A stretch of DNA of 54,505 nt, filler included, from Bipalium vagum (GCA_037834085.1; 3 parts of 3 records of this genome joined end to end with filler, not necessarily neighbours in it); one strand, 5' to 3'; positions 35,500 through 48,924 are shown, numbered from the whole stretch's first letter. The notes: generated from the letters alone by a model not told the origin. Translations and numbers: made by a program.

Positions 35500-36272
35500 T
35501 GTACTCGGTTGAATTAAAACAATCTCAATAAAACCTTATCTCGGTTCGCTTCCAAAGTGAATCAAGACAATCACAGAAAATCTTTATTACAATTATAACA
35601 ATTTACAATAACAAAAAATATAAATCACAGAAAGTCACAATAAATGTTTGAAATTTAATAAAACACTAAAGAATCAATCAAATATCACTTAGATATATCA
35701 CTGGGTCGTCCTCTAGGTTTTGCTTGGTCCCCTATGGATTCCCAAGCTCGATGGTGCCCATTTTTAAATCCTGCAGCAAAGTGGTCATAATAAATAGTAA
35801 ATTTACAAGAAAAATCTTTTTTTTCGGAATAATCTTTTCACATTTGAAATAAGCTTCGGAAAATCTTCTTGTAAAATAAATTCTCTTCAAAATTTAATCG
35901 GAATAAAATATTAACAAAACAATCTTGATAAATCTTTCTCTTTTTGGGCGAATATCTGGAGATAGACCTCTCATTATATAATCATAGATCGCCAATCTCT
36001 ACCTTTAGAAGGCTATTCTGATTAATCAAAGAATTTTATATTTCGACGGCAAGATAAAATTACTTTTGTAATAATAATAAAGCACTATCCCGACGGCAGG
36101 GCATATTTCTTTTAATTATTATATTTTATCTTTATCTCGACGGCGATATAATATTATAATAAATTATTATTAAGTTTTTCCTAAAAGCGTTTATTTTAAT
36201 AAACTTAATTATATTATTTTTTTAACGACCTTCTAATTTTAAATCTAGGCTTCGTGTCTGGCAAACCCAACA
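35500..36272 (-). mobile_element. Probable LTR (TG...CA) with adjacent polypurine tract and decayed internal sequence to about 36800
   Basis: On the minus strand a purine run GGAGAGAGA lies just before TGTTGGG... and the unit ends ...GAGTACA; TATA-like and AATAAA signals inside; three CGACGGC repeats. No partner LTR was seen. Confidence 0.45.
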
Positions 36273-37564
36273 TAATATATCTCTCTCCTGGAATTAGCTT
36301 CATAACTTCCAATTTTCATTATAAATAAATTCTCTTTATTCGATATCAACTTATTTTTAAAAATTTAATATTTGGAATCTGGTTAATTCGTGTGTATCCA
36401 AAACTTTCCAACTGGTCTCATTGATAAGGTGCATCAATGTTATATTTTACAGCTGGTTGTATTTTTAAAGTAGGTTTTTAAAATAGCCATACCGGTAGTA
36501 CACAGAACGAGTAATCTGGATACTAGATCCCATTCCATTTTAAAGATAAAGTAATTCTTCTACATTTAAATTGAGTGGTTCAGGAGTATCACCTTACACT
36601 TGAATTTCACATTTACTTCCCGTATCAGAATGCAAAATTTTTGCAATCATTTAATATGTTAATATCAACACCATTTTAAACAAATTCTTAACTGACTCTA
36701 GGACACTACTGGATGAAGCTCGTTTTAGCCAACACAAAAAATCACTAAAATATATTATACCTATACCTGGTTACAGTAGTAACACAACAATCGGATAAAA
36801 TTCAAAATAACTAACATTCTGCTACAGTTAGGAACCTAAAAATTTACTATTTTGCTAACATAATAACTGAAGTCGATAAACAAAATTTAAAAATTAGGGG
36901 AAAATAATATATATTAAGAGATAATCAAAAAAATATTAACGTAATTTCTTCATAATTGAAATGTTTTTTAAACAAGCAGAGCTTTTTAATAGAAAAGTGT
37001 TGAAAGAAGAATAACCGATTTATTTCCGAATTTTATAAAATCCAAATACTGCAACCGATATTTTGATCTAATCCAGATTAGAAAAGATCGGAAATTGTGG
37101 ATCCACGAAAGTCTGGAAGAAGAATATTTGAAAACAGCAGAGAGCAGAGTTGAGCGATGGTTTGGCAGACTAAATAAGACATCAGGTTTTGAAGAGATGC
37201 TGAAGAATAGTCAAGGAAAAGAAGTTTTATGTTTTGGTGAACATGGGTTGATTTTATTCTATCTTTCTCTTAATTTGTGAAGGCAATATACCAATCACAA
37301 TGAATAAAGACAAATACTTTTTGAAACTTTTTTTATAATAAAAATTTTTTTAAAAGGTATTTTAAAAATAAATTCACACACTCTTAAACTCAAAAGATCA
37401 AATTGACTATTAATTAATTTAAGAAGAGTTCAATAAACAAAAAGAAATGTGCAGATGCCTTGAAGAAAAAATACCAAATCTGATATCTAGTTTATCAGAC
37501 CGTAAGTGCCGGAAATGAAGATAAAAAGAAGAAATTAGATAATTTTTATAAAGACAGAGACGGG

Positions 37565-37568
<4 letters not shown>

Positions 37569-37605
<37 letters not shown>
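37569..37605. repeat. (TA)n microsatellite
   Basis: Read directly; abuts the hammerhead-bearing repeat. Confidence 0.95.
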
Positions 37606-37609
<4 letters not shown>

Positions 37610-37702
37610 TAGTCTTGTGAACAATAATCTTTTATTTTTTAAATAAACGCCATTTAACGAATTTTTACGAAAGCACAATATTTTATTCAATAAACTAGTA
37701 TC

Positions 37703-37746
37703 TTGAAACATGTTTCGATCTTTTCATTCAGATCTTCTTCAGTCAA
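37703..37746 (-). ncRNA. Minimal type I hammerhead ribozyme (Penelope-like element terminal-repeat type)
   Basis: Minus strand: TTGA-CTGAAGA-A-GATCT-GAATGAAA-AGATC-GAAA-CATG-T-T-TCAA. This gives stem I TTGA/TCAA, core CUGANGA, a 5-bp stem II, GAAA, palindromic stem III (ACATGT) and a GUU cleavage triplet. Confidence 0.75.
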
Positions 37747-37750
37747 TTTT

Positions 37751-37850
37751 NNNNNNNNNNNNNNNNNNNNNNNNNNNNNNNNNNNNNNNNNNNNTTAATT
37801 AATTAANNNNNNNNNNNNNNNNNNNNNNNNNNNNNNNNNNNNNNNNNNNN
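37751..37850. other. Artificial 100-nt contig join: 44 N + TTAATTAATTAA + 44 N
   Basis: Read directly; same structure as 21399-21498. Confidence 0.95.
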
Positions 37851-39179
37851 ATTTCGATTATAATCTGTTCGAAAACGACGAATCCGTTAAACATTTCCAT
37901 TCATAATTATTGAATGATTGGCGTTTATTCAGTTTGAATGTAAATGAATTTAAGTGTTTAATATTAATGTATATTGATAGACAAGCAATGGGGGACAGTA
38001 TTTATAAATGAATTAAAATATTAATTAAAAATATATTCCACTAAGGAATAAATAAATAAAATAAATAAATAATAAATAATAATACTAATGATGATATTCG
38101 CTGACAAAGCGAAACCCGATTCGCGAGCTGTCAGCAATCTTCGACGAAACAACTGTGACAATTGTTTGATAATAAAAAACGATTATCTATTTTTGATAAT
38201 AATTTTAACTTAATTATTATGTTAATAATAAATTTTAAATGGGATTAGGTTTCTTTAAAGGAAATAAAACCTTGTTTAAGTTACAATATCAAGTACGCAT
38301 ATATAAATCGTGGTTATAAATTGAATATTTAATTTGTCAATATTGTAACCGTAATATTATCTTGTATTTTTTAGATAAAATTACCTTTGTCCCTCTTATC
38401 GTTTGTATGATTGAAATTGTATACTCTGTGACATAAGAGAAGTAGGCTCCTAACATTTAATTTAAATTTTATCAATCGCTTTGCCAGGCAATAAAAACAA
38501 TAATATTCATGTGAGGTTTATCCACTCTATTCACAGTATTAATGTTGGGTTCAGATTTTAATTGATTATACAATTCATCGATTGAATAATTCTGGAAATT
38601 CGATACCTTCAACTCACGAGTGTGAAAATTTGCACGCTCTTTGAATTTTCAGTTTTATTTATTTTTATTTATTTAGATTACAAATAAAATTATACTTTAT
38701 AGTGATTATTGTTTCAGAGTTTTGCTTAATGAATAATTTGATCTAGAAATTCATTCAGAACGTTTCTAATTTTTCCATTCGAATTGATTTTCTTCAATTA
38801 TTTTATTAAATTTATTGTTTAGAGTTTTTTTATTATTATTATTATTATTTAATTTTTTTGATGTATTATTATATAATTAGAAATATTTTACAATTAAAAT
38901 AAAACGGGTTAAAGTTTATTATTTTTGATGATGTACGTGTCACAATAACTATAATTACCACTGTTTATGTTTTTTATATGTAACATGAAAGAGGAATATT
39001 TAAACAAATTATGTTTGCTGATGATTGGATCTAAGTATGTCAGTCCGGGTCTTTTTTGAAGTCACCATGTACGTGTCTTGAATGTAAGCACGGAAAGAGA
39101 AATGGAAAATATAAATAAATATTTTTATAATTATAATTTATTTTCGATAATTGTCATTATTAAATGATTTTAAGAATCT

Positions 39180-40340
39180 TAGGGTTGTACATTTCAGATT
39201 AGTGTTAATAATTATATGTTCAACGAATCAATTGGCCTGTGAGGAAAGCTTAACATCCTGGAATCTTTAAAAAGGGTTATGAGAAAGTTCATTAAAAGCT
39301 GCGCGAAATGTATTAAGTGTGTAGATGTGAAGAAGGAAAAAATGATTTATTAGTGGTAGGCCTAATAGATCGATATTTAAGAGAAGACGAGGAATGCCAA
39401 GAGGAATCGCTAGGCTGTGAAGATCGCCTAAGGCATTTCTCAAAAAGAAAAGTTCAATACAAAAATAGACATACATATGAAAATGTCTATTTTTACAAGA
39501 AGTCTGAAGGATAATTGGAAAGAAACTCAACATATAAGCTGGACAAGGAATAGGTCACAAAGAAGATACTTGTTAAAAAGTTGCCGAGATTTCAGAATCC
39601 AAATAAAAGTAAAGGAAAACAAATTGAGCAATTGAGTGAGAATTTTTGAAATGATAAAACCAAATCATGAGATGAAGAACGACCTGAACAAGGAGCACAA
39701 CGTAAGTGGTGTTCCGAGCTACAGGAAGTCTGAATAGGCAGAAATCAAAGCACGACCATAGAATGTCATAGAATTCAAACCTTTAAACTTTAGAAAGGCA
39801 GAAATTAAGTGAAACGATTGCAAAGACAAATGTGATGAATCAAAATATTTTAGAAAATTAAATATATATTTCAATAATGTGGAACTTGTTTGTTACGAGC
39901 ATTTATCAAATTACGCGAGTAACAGTAAAATGATTCATGTAGAGTTAGAAATCGACAAATGCACCAAAATCTTACAATCAACCTTATTGGAAGACATGAG
40001 ACCTGATTTCGTTGGAGGAATTGATGTAGTTATCAATTAAAGGATAAAATGGACCCCTAATGAAACAACTGAAGAATCTACAACATAGACACAAACTTTG
40101 TTCGGATAATTAATAATACTGAAAGAACACAGAGAGCAAGACTTTGTAAGCTTAAAGATTATTTTATTGGGGGAATGTGAAGATATTAATTAAAAAGATA
40201 ATAATAAAATTTTAGGATATAACAAAATTATTGTCATAAATATATAAAATTTATAAAGTGTAAATGTCGTTTTTTAAATAAGTATAAAAAGGGTTTAAAA
40301 TAAATAAATAAATTTTTTATTAACTCTCAAGAGTGTTGTG
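39180..40340 (+). mobile_element. Probable decayed LTR retrotransposon (gag/protease-like remnants, PPT and short 3' LTR)
   Basis: Purine-rich broken ORFs; IHVELEID...LLEDMRPDFVGGIDV is weakly retropepsin-like; GGGGGAA is followed immediately by TGTGAAG at about 40176, then TATAAAA and AATAAA signals. Confidence 0.4.
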
Positions 40341-41841
40341 GTCATCTGTGACCATAAGCATAATTTCTGAAAGCATAACTCTCATTTCAAAAATTTCAAG
40401 TAGATATTTTCTTTCTGCGTTTACTTTTTATTACAAATACACATGTTTCAATGAACAAACCAAAAAAAGTACGCTATTTTTTTGCAAAAACGTCACACCT
40501 TAAAGACGTTTTTGTTAAAAAAATATTAAATTAATGATTTTGTGTAATTATTAAATTAGAGGATAACACTTTTAAAAGTACAAAAGAATATTTCTTAAGA
40601 TAAATGTTATGATCAATTTTGAATTATGAATTTGAAGAGTACTGATAACGTGACAGTAACTAACAATAATAATAGTACAGTAATGTATGTAGTGTGAACT
40701 ATTAATTATGACATAATTATTAATATATAATAATAATATCACTCGATATAAATAACTTCAGCACAAAAATGAAGATAAATAAGATAAGTAATTTGTTTAT
40801 CATACATTTCTTCTCTGTTTTTGTTTTCATTTGTTTGACCGATCTGATTTATTTTATCTCTTCTCTTTTCTTCAATGAGTTTTACATGCACTGAAGTTGA
40901 TAGCGTACTTATTACTCTATTTTTTTTTCGTGTTTTTATGATATATCCTGTTAATGTTTCGAATTTTATTTAAATTTATTTTGTTTCGTTTGAAGTTGTC
41001 GGAGCCGTTACTGAATATATTATTTGCGATACTTGAGACAGGAACGTATTCTATTCACATTTCTAGACTTGCTTTTTGTGATTATTGTAAGGTTAAATAA
41101 AGTTAAAGGGTTTGATTGTGATAAGAACGTAACAAAAAGTGAAGAGTTTAAAATGAGTTTGGTTATTAATTTACCTTAAATTACTCTCAGCTTTAGGCAT
41201 CTTTGTGGAAGCCTATCACAATCATTAAATAATACAGAGAAGACATATTTCACTATATATTTACTTAGTATACATTTTCCAAGTTAGGTTGGGACATTCG
41301 CCATTAGTTTCATAAAAATCTGATGTAAGTCGAAGAAATAATGCCTTTCACTGTTAATAATAGATGCACAAATGTCACTGAAAATTTAAAAACTGTTAAA
41401 ACTAGATGATATTATTAGTTTATTTATTAAAAGAAGTACAAGAATAAAATAGAAATAATTTGTAATAATTATACAATTTCTACAAACGATTTATATTATT
41501 AACAAAAAACTCACAACTTTATTGTAATAATAATATTTTGGCATTTTTATTATAATATACGACTGTTATCCAAAATAATTCTCTTTAATTTTATTTTCAA
41601 ATGGACCTACCTAATTTTGAAGAAACCTCCGAAATGTTCAAAGAACACACTTTAATAAATGTATCAATACCTAAAGAACCAACGTTTGATTATTTTCAAT
41701 GAAACCAATAAATGATATGACGCCATATAAGAAAGATTAAAAAAGAAAAAAGGTAAATTTTTTAATCAGAAATTATTAAAATCGCTCACTTTTTGCTAAG
41801 CAAATTATAATTATAATATTTCTGATTATACACATTATAAT

Positions 41842-42074
41842 TAGGACAATTTTTGTCAAAAAGTCAACCGTATTCCGCATAGTCCAAATGTTTTTTGAAA
41901 AAGTCAATAAATTAGATAATATTTTCAAACTATCCTAATTTATCAAAAATTATCATATATTTGTTTAAATAATATAATAATTTAATAATATATTTAAAAA
42001 GTCAAAAAAATTATTATCATAAAGTAAAAAAAAGTCAAAATATACTTTTTAAAAAGTCAAAAAAGATTGCCCTA
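41842..42074. mobile_element. Candidate hAT-like MITE with internal AAAAGTCAA repeats
   Basis: Imperfect TIRs TAGGACAATTTTTGTC and (rc) TAGGGCAATCTTTTTTGAC; five AAAAGTCAA copies; no intact 8-bp TSD. Confidence 0.45.
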
Positions 42075-43429
42075 ACAATCATCAATAATATATTAATAAA
42101 GATATATGCATTTTTCACCAACAAAGATTTATAGTTGTTGAGAAATACATTTATAAAGACTTATAAAATCGAAATATCTATATAAACTCTGTACGAAATA
42201 AAAAATAATTATTATCACAATTTAATTAAATATTATCAAGAGAATTATCAAAAATATATTTAAAAATAAAGTTCATTGACGCCATATTCAATGTTTTAAA
42301 ATCAGACTTTGCTATTCGAGTGAAAGCACAGATTTTTCTACCTCAAAAATAAATAAAGATCAAACAAAAGGAAATGAAAGAGAGCCAAAAGAAGCATATA
42401 GTAGCCAATTGCTTAACCTTGTAAATCATATTTCATTTGACTTAATCATTAATAATATTTCTAACCACTTATTCTAAAAGAGAAATGTTTCATACATTTA
42501 GAATATAATAAAATGCAATTATCATCAAAGGAACGAAGTTTTTGTAGAAGATATTAAATAAAAAGTTTCTTTGAAGCTCTGTTCTAATATTTCTAGCTAG
42601 CTTTATCATCTTTGATTTTAACTCTACAAAATAATAAAATCCTTTGTAAAAATATATAATTAATTTTTTTGAATTAATTACATACTCAAAAGTTATTTGG
42701 TGCGATTTTATGTCAAATGAGTTCAAGGGGTTTTAGTCTGCCTTAGAAATTAATATAATTCTTAACATATCCTTTTAGAATTTCTTTAAATTGGCTATTT
42801 CAAATAATATCAATGTGGTGCTCAAAAGCATTTCTTTTGTGGGATTCTTCACTAATACCATAGTAACAAAACATAATTTTGAGAAATATAAATAAATAAA
42901 TTTTTTTTATAAATGTATATGATGTGTTAAGAATGCATTTATGAGTTATTTTTTTTTGTGAAATGTTAAGTATTTAAAAAGCAATATTTTGTGAAAATAA
43001 AAAATAAAATTTTTCAAAACTAAAATAAATAGTAAAGAGTAAATTGAATTTAATTATAAATTTGTTTGAAATAGGCTGAAAAATTATAAAATCTTTGTTT
43101 AAATTATTAATAATTTTGTTTTAATTTCGATTTTTAAATAAAGCAAGTCATAGACTATTAATTATGACTTTTAAAAATATTTTTGAACATTTACTTTATT
43201 ATTCTAAAAGATTTTGATTATAAATGTCAATGAAATGGAACAATTCGAAAATAGAGAAACTCTAAGCATTATAAAATAAAACAAAAATTAGTAAAACAAA
43301 ACTGCATATTAAATCCGAATAAATATACCACTCTGTTTTAATATGAAAGTTTGTAATCTTAATAAAAAATTTCCAGATAAATCTTTTATTAAATTAGGTA
43401 ATGATCACTGGTCCCAAATTAGGACTTCA

Positions 43430-44704
43430 AAAATAATCCCAAAGTTACCGAACTTTATTGATAAACAGTAAAATGTACATAATATTATCCATAAAAGATT
43501 ATTATTATTCAAAATAGGTTTCATGGGATTCGATACAACACCTGGCGCGGTCAGCTAGTACATGAAAGGTTTTTCAAAGTCATTTAAAGGAATTTTCTGG
43601 AGACCTCGTGTCACGGCTTCTTGAATAGCTTGAATATCATCATAAAATACATTTTTCAAAGCCAATTTCAGTTTTGGGAATAGAATAAAGTCGTAATGGT
43701 GATAGATCAAGCGAATATGGTGGATATTCGACGACAAAAATTTCTTTTTGGTCAAAAATTTGCCATGGTCTTGTGAGGGGGGGCATTATTGTGCAATAAA
43801 ACAACTGTTTTTCCGGTTTAATTCGAACAATTCTTGACCACAAACGATGTAAAACATTTAAATAGCAGTCCCCATCAACAGTTAGACCTTATGGAAGAAA
43901 TTTCTCTTGAACTATACATTTTGAATCATAAAAAGTAATAAGTATTGTCTTAATTCTTGATTTTTAGAAACGCAATTTTTTGGGTTTCGGCTCACCTACT
44001 GACTTCCATTCACTACATTGACACTTGATTTGTGGATCATTTTTGAAACATCAAGTCTCATCACCAGTTATAACTGAGTCAATATAATCTGGATTGTATT
44101 CAACAGTATAGAGAAGGTCTTCACAATATTAAACATGAGCTGTTTTTAGGTCTTCATTTAATGCATGGGGAACAAACTTGACATAAACCTTTCTTTTACC
44201 CAAATCTTTCGATAAAATTACCAAAATAGTAAAGACACTCCTTCTGCAAACATCCTTACGGTCATTTTATCACCAGAAGCAATGATTTCATGTAATTTTT
44301 CTCCCAGATGTGGACAATTTTCAGCAGCCGGATATCCGGCTTTTCATCATAATTTAAATCATCAAGACCATTTTAAAATCGTGTAAATCATTTTCATAAA
44401 AACTTGTATACGAGACATGCAATCATCTCAATAAACTCTTCGCTGCAATTCATAAGTCTGTAATTTTTTTTCCAGATTTTAAGAGAAAATTTAATATCTG
44501 GTCTTTTTCCCATTGTAAATCTATGACATAAGCATGATATAAACCTTTATTTAAATGCAAATAGAATTTAAACCTGTTATCCGAATAAAATAGATTTTGA
44601 TGATTTTCAAACAGAAATGATGTAATTGTAAACTAAAGATTATTTTAGACAAGTGAGAATGTATGATTTAAATAAAAAGTTCGCTTACTTATATAAGATA
44701 CCGT
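43430..44704 (-). mobile_element. Near-full-length decayed mariner (mellifera/irritans-like)
   Basis: KVYVKFVPHAL, VITGDET*CFKNDPQIKCQCSEWKSVGEPKPKK, YPPYSLDLS, DFILFPKLKLALK; partially matching ends (AAGTxxCGAACTTT). Confidence 0.85.
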
Positions 44705-45569
44705 GTATGACGATCATAAGAAAATTCAAAAGTATAATTATTTATATATTTCAAAAGCTCAAACTATTTTATAAACTGATGTATCACATACTAAGACTAT
44801 AACGACTGAATTTCGCCACATCATTTAAATTTTTTATTAAATTAAAAAAACCACAGTATTTAAGTTAAATTTAATCGGGGAAAATGTTCTTTCGTATTTT
44901 ATAAAACCATTGAAATTGAATTTGGTATTTAATTAAATGTTAATGTTTTATTTTAAAATATAAAAGCAAATGATTTTTAAAAAATATTCTCATATTGGTC
45001 AGGACAATATTTTTTAAAAGTTGGTACGTTTTTGAAAATTGTATATTTCTATAGTACTAATGACAAAGTCAAAGAAAGAAAATCGATCTTTTAAAATTCT
45101 GACATTAAAAGTAAAATGCAAAAGAAATTTTACAAGAATTTGACTTTCGGATCCTTTTTGATCCACAGATATTTTTACATATGACTTTACTGAAAGTTTC
45201 TGAATTAATTTAACTAAACCAAAGGATCTTTATGGGTTTGAATATCGCAAAATTAACTTTGTTTAAATTATCAATCATGATTTAAACCATTCAAATTGAT
45301 TTAGATTAAAAATTGAAAAAAATTATAAAACCTGTTTAGCCTGAAAAACTTTAATTAATTAGAAGAAATCACACGACAGTAAAATGATGAGTTAACATAG
45401 TTCCGAAAAATCATATGAACAAAATCTCAATACTCCAGGTTGGTACATTATTTTATCAGTTGTTCTTTTGTCTCAAACAAAAATACTTTTGCCATCAACG
45501 ATGTAGGAGACATTTCTGGAAACAATTTCAAATTCTTTATAATATGAAGATGTTTTTTTCAAGGAAAAT

Positions 45570-45750
45570 CATCATTGAAATCGATGAGACCAAAATTGGA
45601 AAAACTGATGGAAAAATAATATCTAACAAGTAAATATTTAAAGAAGAGTGGATTCTTGTTAATGTGGAAGAAAATAAACTTTTTTCGAAATATCTGATCC
45701 CTCTTTGCATAATGTAAGAAATTTAATCACGAACTATGTCAAGTATGAAT
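45570..45750 (+). mobile_element. Merlin (IS1595-like) transposase remnant, catalytic N-terminal block
   Basis: IIIEIDETKIGK...EEWILVNVEE resembles VEIDESKFGKRKY...WVFGGVER. Confidence 0.55.
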
Positions 45751-45974
45751 ATAAATTAGTTTGGTCATTTTTATCGTAATATAATGCGGGACAGAGAGCG
45801 TCGATTGTGTGCGAAGCTGGCGTAAATACGTACACGTGGAAATTATTTTTAGTTCTCAATATTTTTAGTGCTTTAATAAAAAGAAATATTTCTATGGCTC
45901 TGGAAATAGTATAATATATTTCATTTTTAAAAATATTGGTGGAATTTATATTATTTGATTAATATTTTAAATAT

Positions 45975-46340
45975 TATGGTGAACATAAAGTTCGTGCGTC
46001 TTTTGAGCAAAAAGTGCAATTTATATTTAAAGAAAACAAAATGAAAATCAATTTTCAAAATAAATGCCATTTGATTCGATAGTCTGAAGCCATCTATTAG
46101 CAAGTTGTTCGATGTGATGTCTTTACTAAGCCTTGTCATATCTTTTCTCCTTGTACTTGAGTTTAAGAATTTCTGGTACCACGTTTTGACATCTTCTAAA
46201 TTATTGAAGAAACGTCTTGGAAAATGTGATAGTCAGATGGCCGGATGTCTGGACTGTAAGCTGAATACGGTAACAGTACGATTCCATTCAGTTCACTGAT
46301 TTTGTCCATCATCATTCTAGCCGAATGTGTTTTGAATTGT
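45975..46340 (-). mobile_element. mariner C-terminal fragment with one TIR
   Basis: HSARMMMDKISELNGIVLLPYSAYSPDIRPSDYHIF; terminal GGTGAACATAAAGTTCGTGCG is mariner TIR-like. Confidence 0.75.
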
Positions 46341-48364
46341 CTTACTATAAATATATTCACTTTTGGTTGATCATTGAAGTATATTTCTTGAATAAAACCG
46401 CATACATTCGGCCAAGCTAAGCACATCAATGATGTATGACCTCTCAGTTCGGAACAAATTCGAATATTAATATAATTATAATTCTTCTTTTTTTTCATTG
46501 TTCTGTATTTATTAAGAAGAGATTTTCATCTAAATACAATATTAATATTATTTCATATAGAAACTATAACAATTCTAGATAAGTTAAATAAATTTTGAAA
46601 GAGTTTTTAATTTCATCATAAATTGTTTCTAACAATTTTTTATTACAAAACCCAAAAATGAAGAGTAAAAATCATTAAGAATTTTACGAGCTGAAAAATA
46701 ATGATATTATTTTAAATTATTTTGATTAATTTAAACAAAAGGAACATTTTTAGACATTTAAATGAATCTCAGTGAAACTTTTTCTTTGAATGTCTTTCAT
46801 TCTCTAATTATAATGACAAAACACGGAAAAATTTAACTTTATTTCCCGCCTTTACAAGAAAACCGAAACGAGCATAGATGAAAGTCTCATATGAAAATAT
46901 TGTAGATATAGATAAAATGTAAAAAAAAATATAAAGAAATTAAGCTATTTTAATGTTACCGACAATTTAAAATCTCTAAAAGAATATTTTTCCCGGTTGA
47001 AGAATCAGTGTAGTCTTTTAAAAACCTTAGAACAACCCCAATTTTTTATCAATATTGCATCGATTCAAACAAAAGACCTCTCAACACTTAATTTTTTGAT
47101 TTTATTTATTTATTTCCATGGACCATGTTACGAATTTGATATGTAACGTAACATTGATTCTCGAAAATATATAGTTTGATAAAATAATAAAAATAAATAT
47201 TTTATTTTATTAAAATTATATTCAACTGACCAGATCGATATTCACTTTCGACAATTTGTAAAATAAATTTATTGGGAATTTTTGAAACACTAAAACTTCT
47301 CTAATTTTTTCCACTAATTAATTAATTTTTAGAAATTTATTAAATGTTTTAAAAAATTTATTCAATAAATATTTTTCTAAGAAAAATAAATGATCCTTCT
47401 TTCTCAATTTACATTTTAATATTGTAGAGCAACGGAATTTTTAATAAGTTTTAAAGAATCAAATGAACGTCGATGAGTTTATACTTAATATTAGGATATT
47501 TCAATACACGTTCATTTTCATTGCTTTCTTTCGAATTTCATACAGCCAGACCTCTTTAGAACCCAAGCACTGTTATACCATTTAGAGATCACGCATGACT
47601 GATGTTGAATACCTATATACAACAATACGATACTTTATAAAAGAAATTTTAAAATATTTCCAAAATATTTCTGATTAATTAAATAAAAATAATAATAATA
47701 ATAATATATTAATATTAACAATGATAATAATTGAACTATAATATTATGTTTATTTTTCTATCGATTTTCCTTTTATAGATTTATCTTTTTTCATGTATCT
47801 GTAAAAATATTTAAAACCTAAAATTCTATAAGATCTGAAATGTTAATTAAATAAAAATATTCATTTAATTTATTTCTAAAACTCGTTTAAAAGTTGAAAA
47901 TCAATATTCTTACAAGAGCGCTAATGGTTTCGGGAATTGATAATGAATATTTTACAAAAATTATTTCATCTTTACAAATAAAAATTATTTAATATCATTC
48001 AAAATTTACGAAATTAAATAACGTTTAGCAAATTAATATTCGACGAATTCATAAACTCTTTCGTTTGTCAGTAGTAATGACAACGAGCAATTGATGAAAA
48101 CGTAAAAAGGAAAACTATTTTGATTTTATAATAAATTCAATTTTAAGGCGGTTTTGTATTATTAAAATGTTGCGTTTCTCACTTTTTATTTAATGAGATA
48201 AAGTGAAAATGGTATTAAAAGATCATTTGGTTTACACTACAAGACCATGATAGTTCTTTTTGCGGAGAAAACACTCATCGATTTCAATTAGATATTTTTA
48301 TTAGGAATATTTATGATTTTTTTATTCTTTATCATCTTCTTCTTCCTCTTGTTATTATGATTAT

Positions 48365-48395
<31 letters not shown>

Positions 48396-48497
48396 TATTA
48401 TTGTAAAGAGCTTATTTTAATTAAAGTTAAATAAGAAATAAATTATAAATATTTTAAAGTAATAAGATTTGTAGCATATATCTTCTTTATTGTTACA

Positions 48498-48924
48498 CTA
48501 ATTTTTCATTTCCTTGGCGAGATCAGTCATACTTTTAGAGTCATCAGCATAAATTTTCTCTTTTAAATCGGCCATGAAAGTTTCATTCCTTTTTGAGTCA
48601 AAACGTTTGATGTGACTTGTCTCTGCATTTATATTGTCCGTGTCATTATTTTCCTTAAACCTTTTGGCGAGGTTATATACTGTTGTCTTGCTGTAACCAA
48701 ACAAATTGATAATTTGTTGGTGTATTTTTCCGGCGCAAAGCGGTTCCAATATTGCTGCTCTTCTGTCGTATTTCGAAGACATCTAAAACTTTAAAATTTA
48801 TTTTTGATCTATTGACATTATTGATATATTAGCTTACTTAAACAAGTGAAGGTCAGATGGATTTTACAAAAATATTTATATAATATTAGTTTAAAAATAT
48901 TCCCGATTTATCTCAAATAGCTTG
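48498..48924 (-). mobile_element. maT/DD37D-like transposon 5' fragment (HTH region)
   Basis: MSSKYDRRAAILEPLCAGKIHQQIINLFGYSKTTVYNLAKRF...DDSKSMTDLAKEM; truncated before the catalytic domain, so the family call rests on the N-terminus only. Confidence 0.7.

Noticed and set aside
38088-38146. SECIS or C/D snoRNA interpretation of the hairpin (ATGATGA, AAA bulge, CTGA)
   Set aside because: The 3' GA of the SECIS quartet is not correctly placed, no selenoprotein gene is nearby, and the C and D boxes are only a few nt apart.
42490-42875. Possible MULE transposase remnant on the minus strand
   Set aside because: Only a vague APNNF/TNN-like similarity amid many stops; too weak to call.
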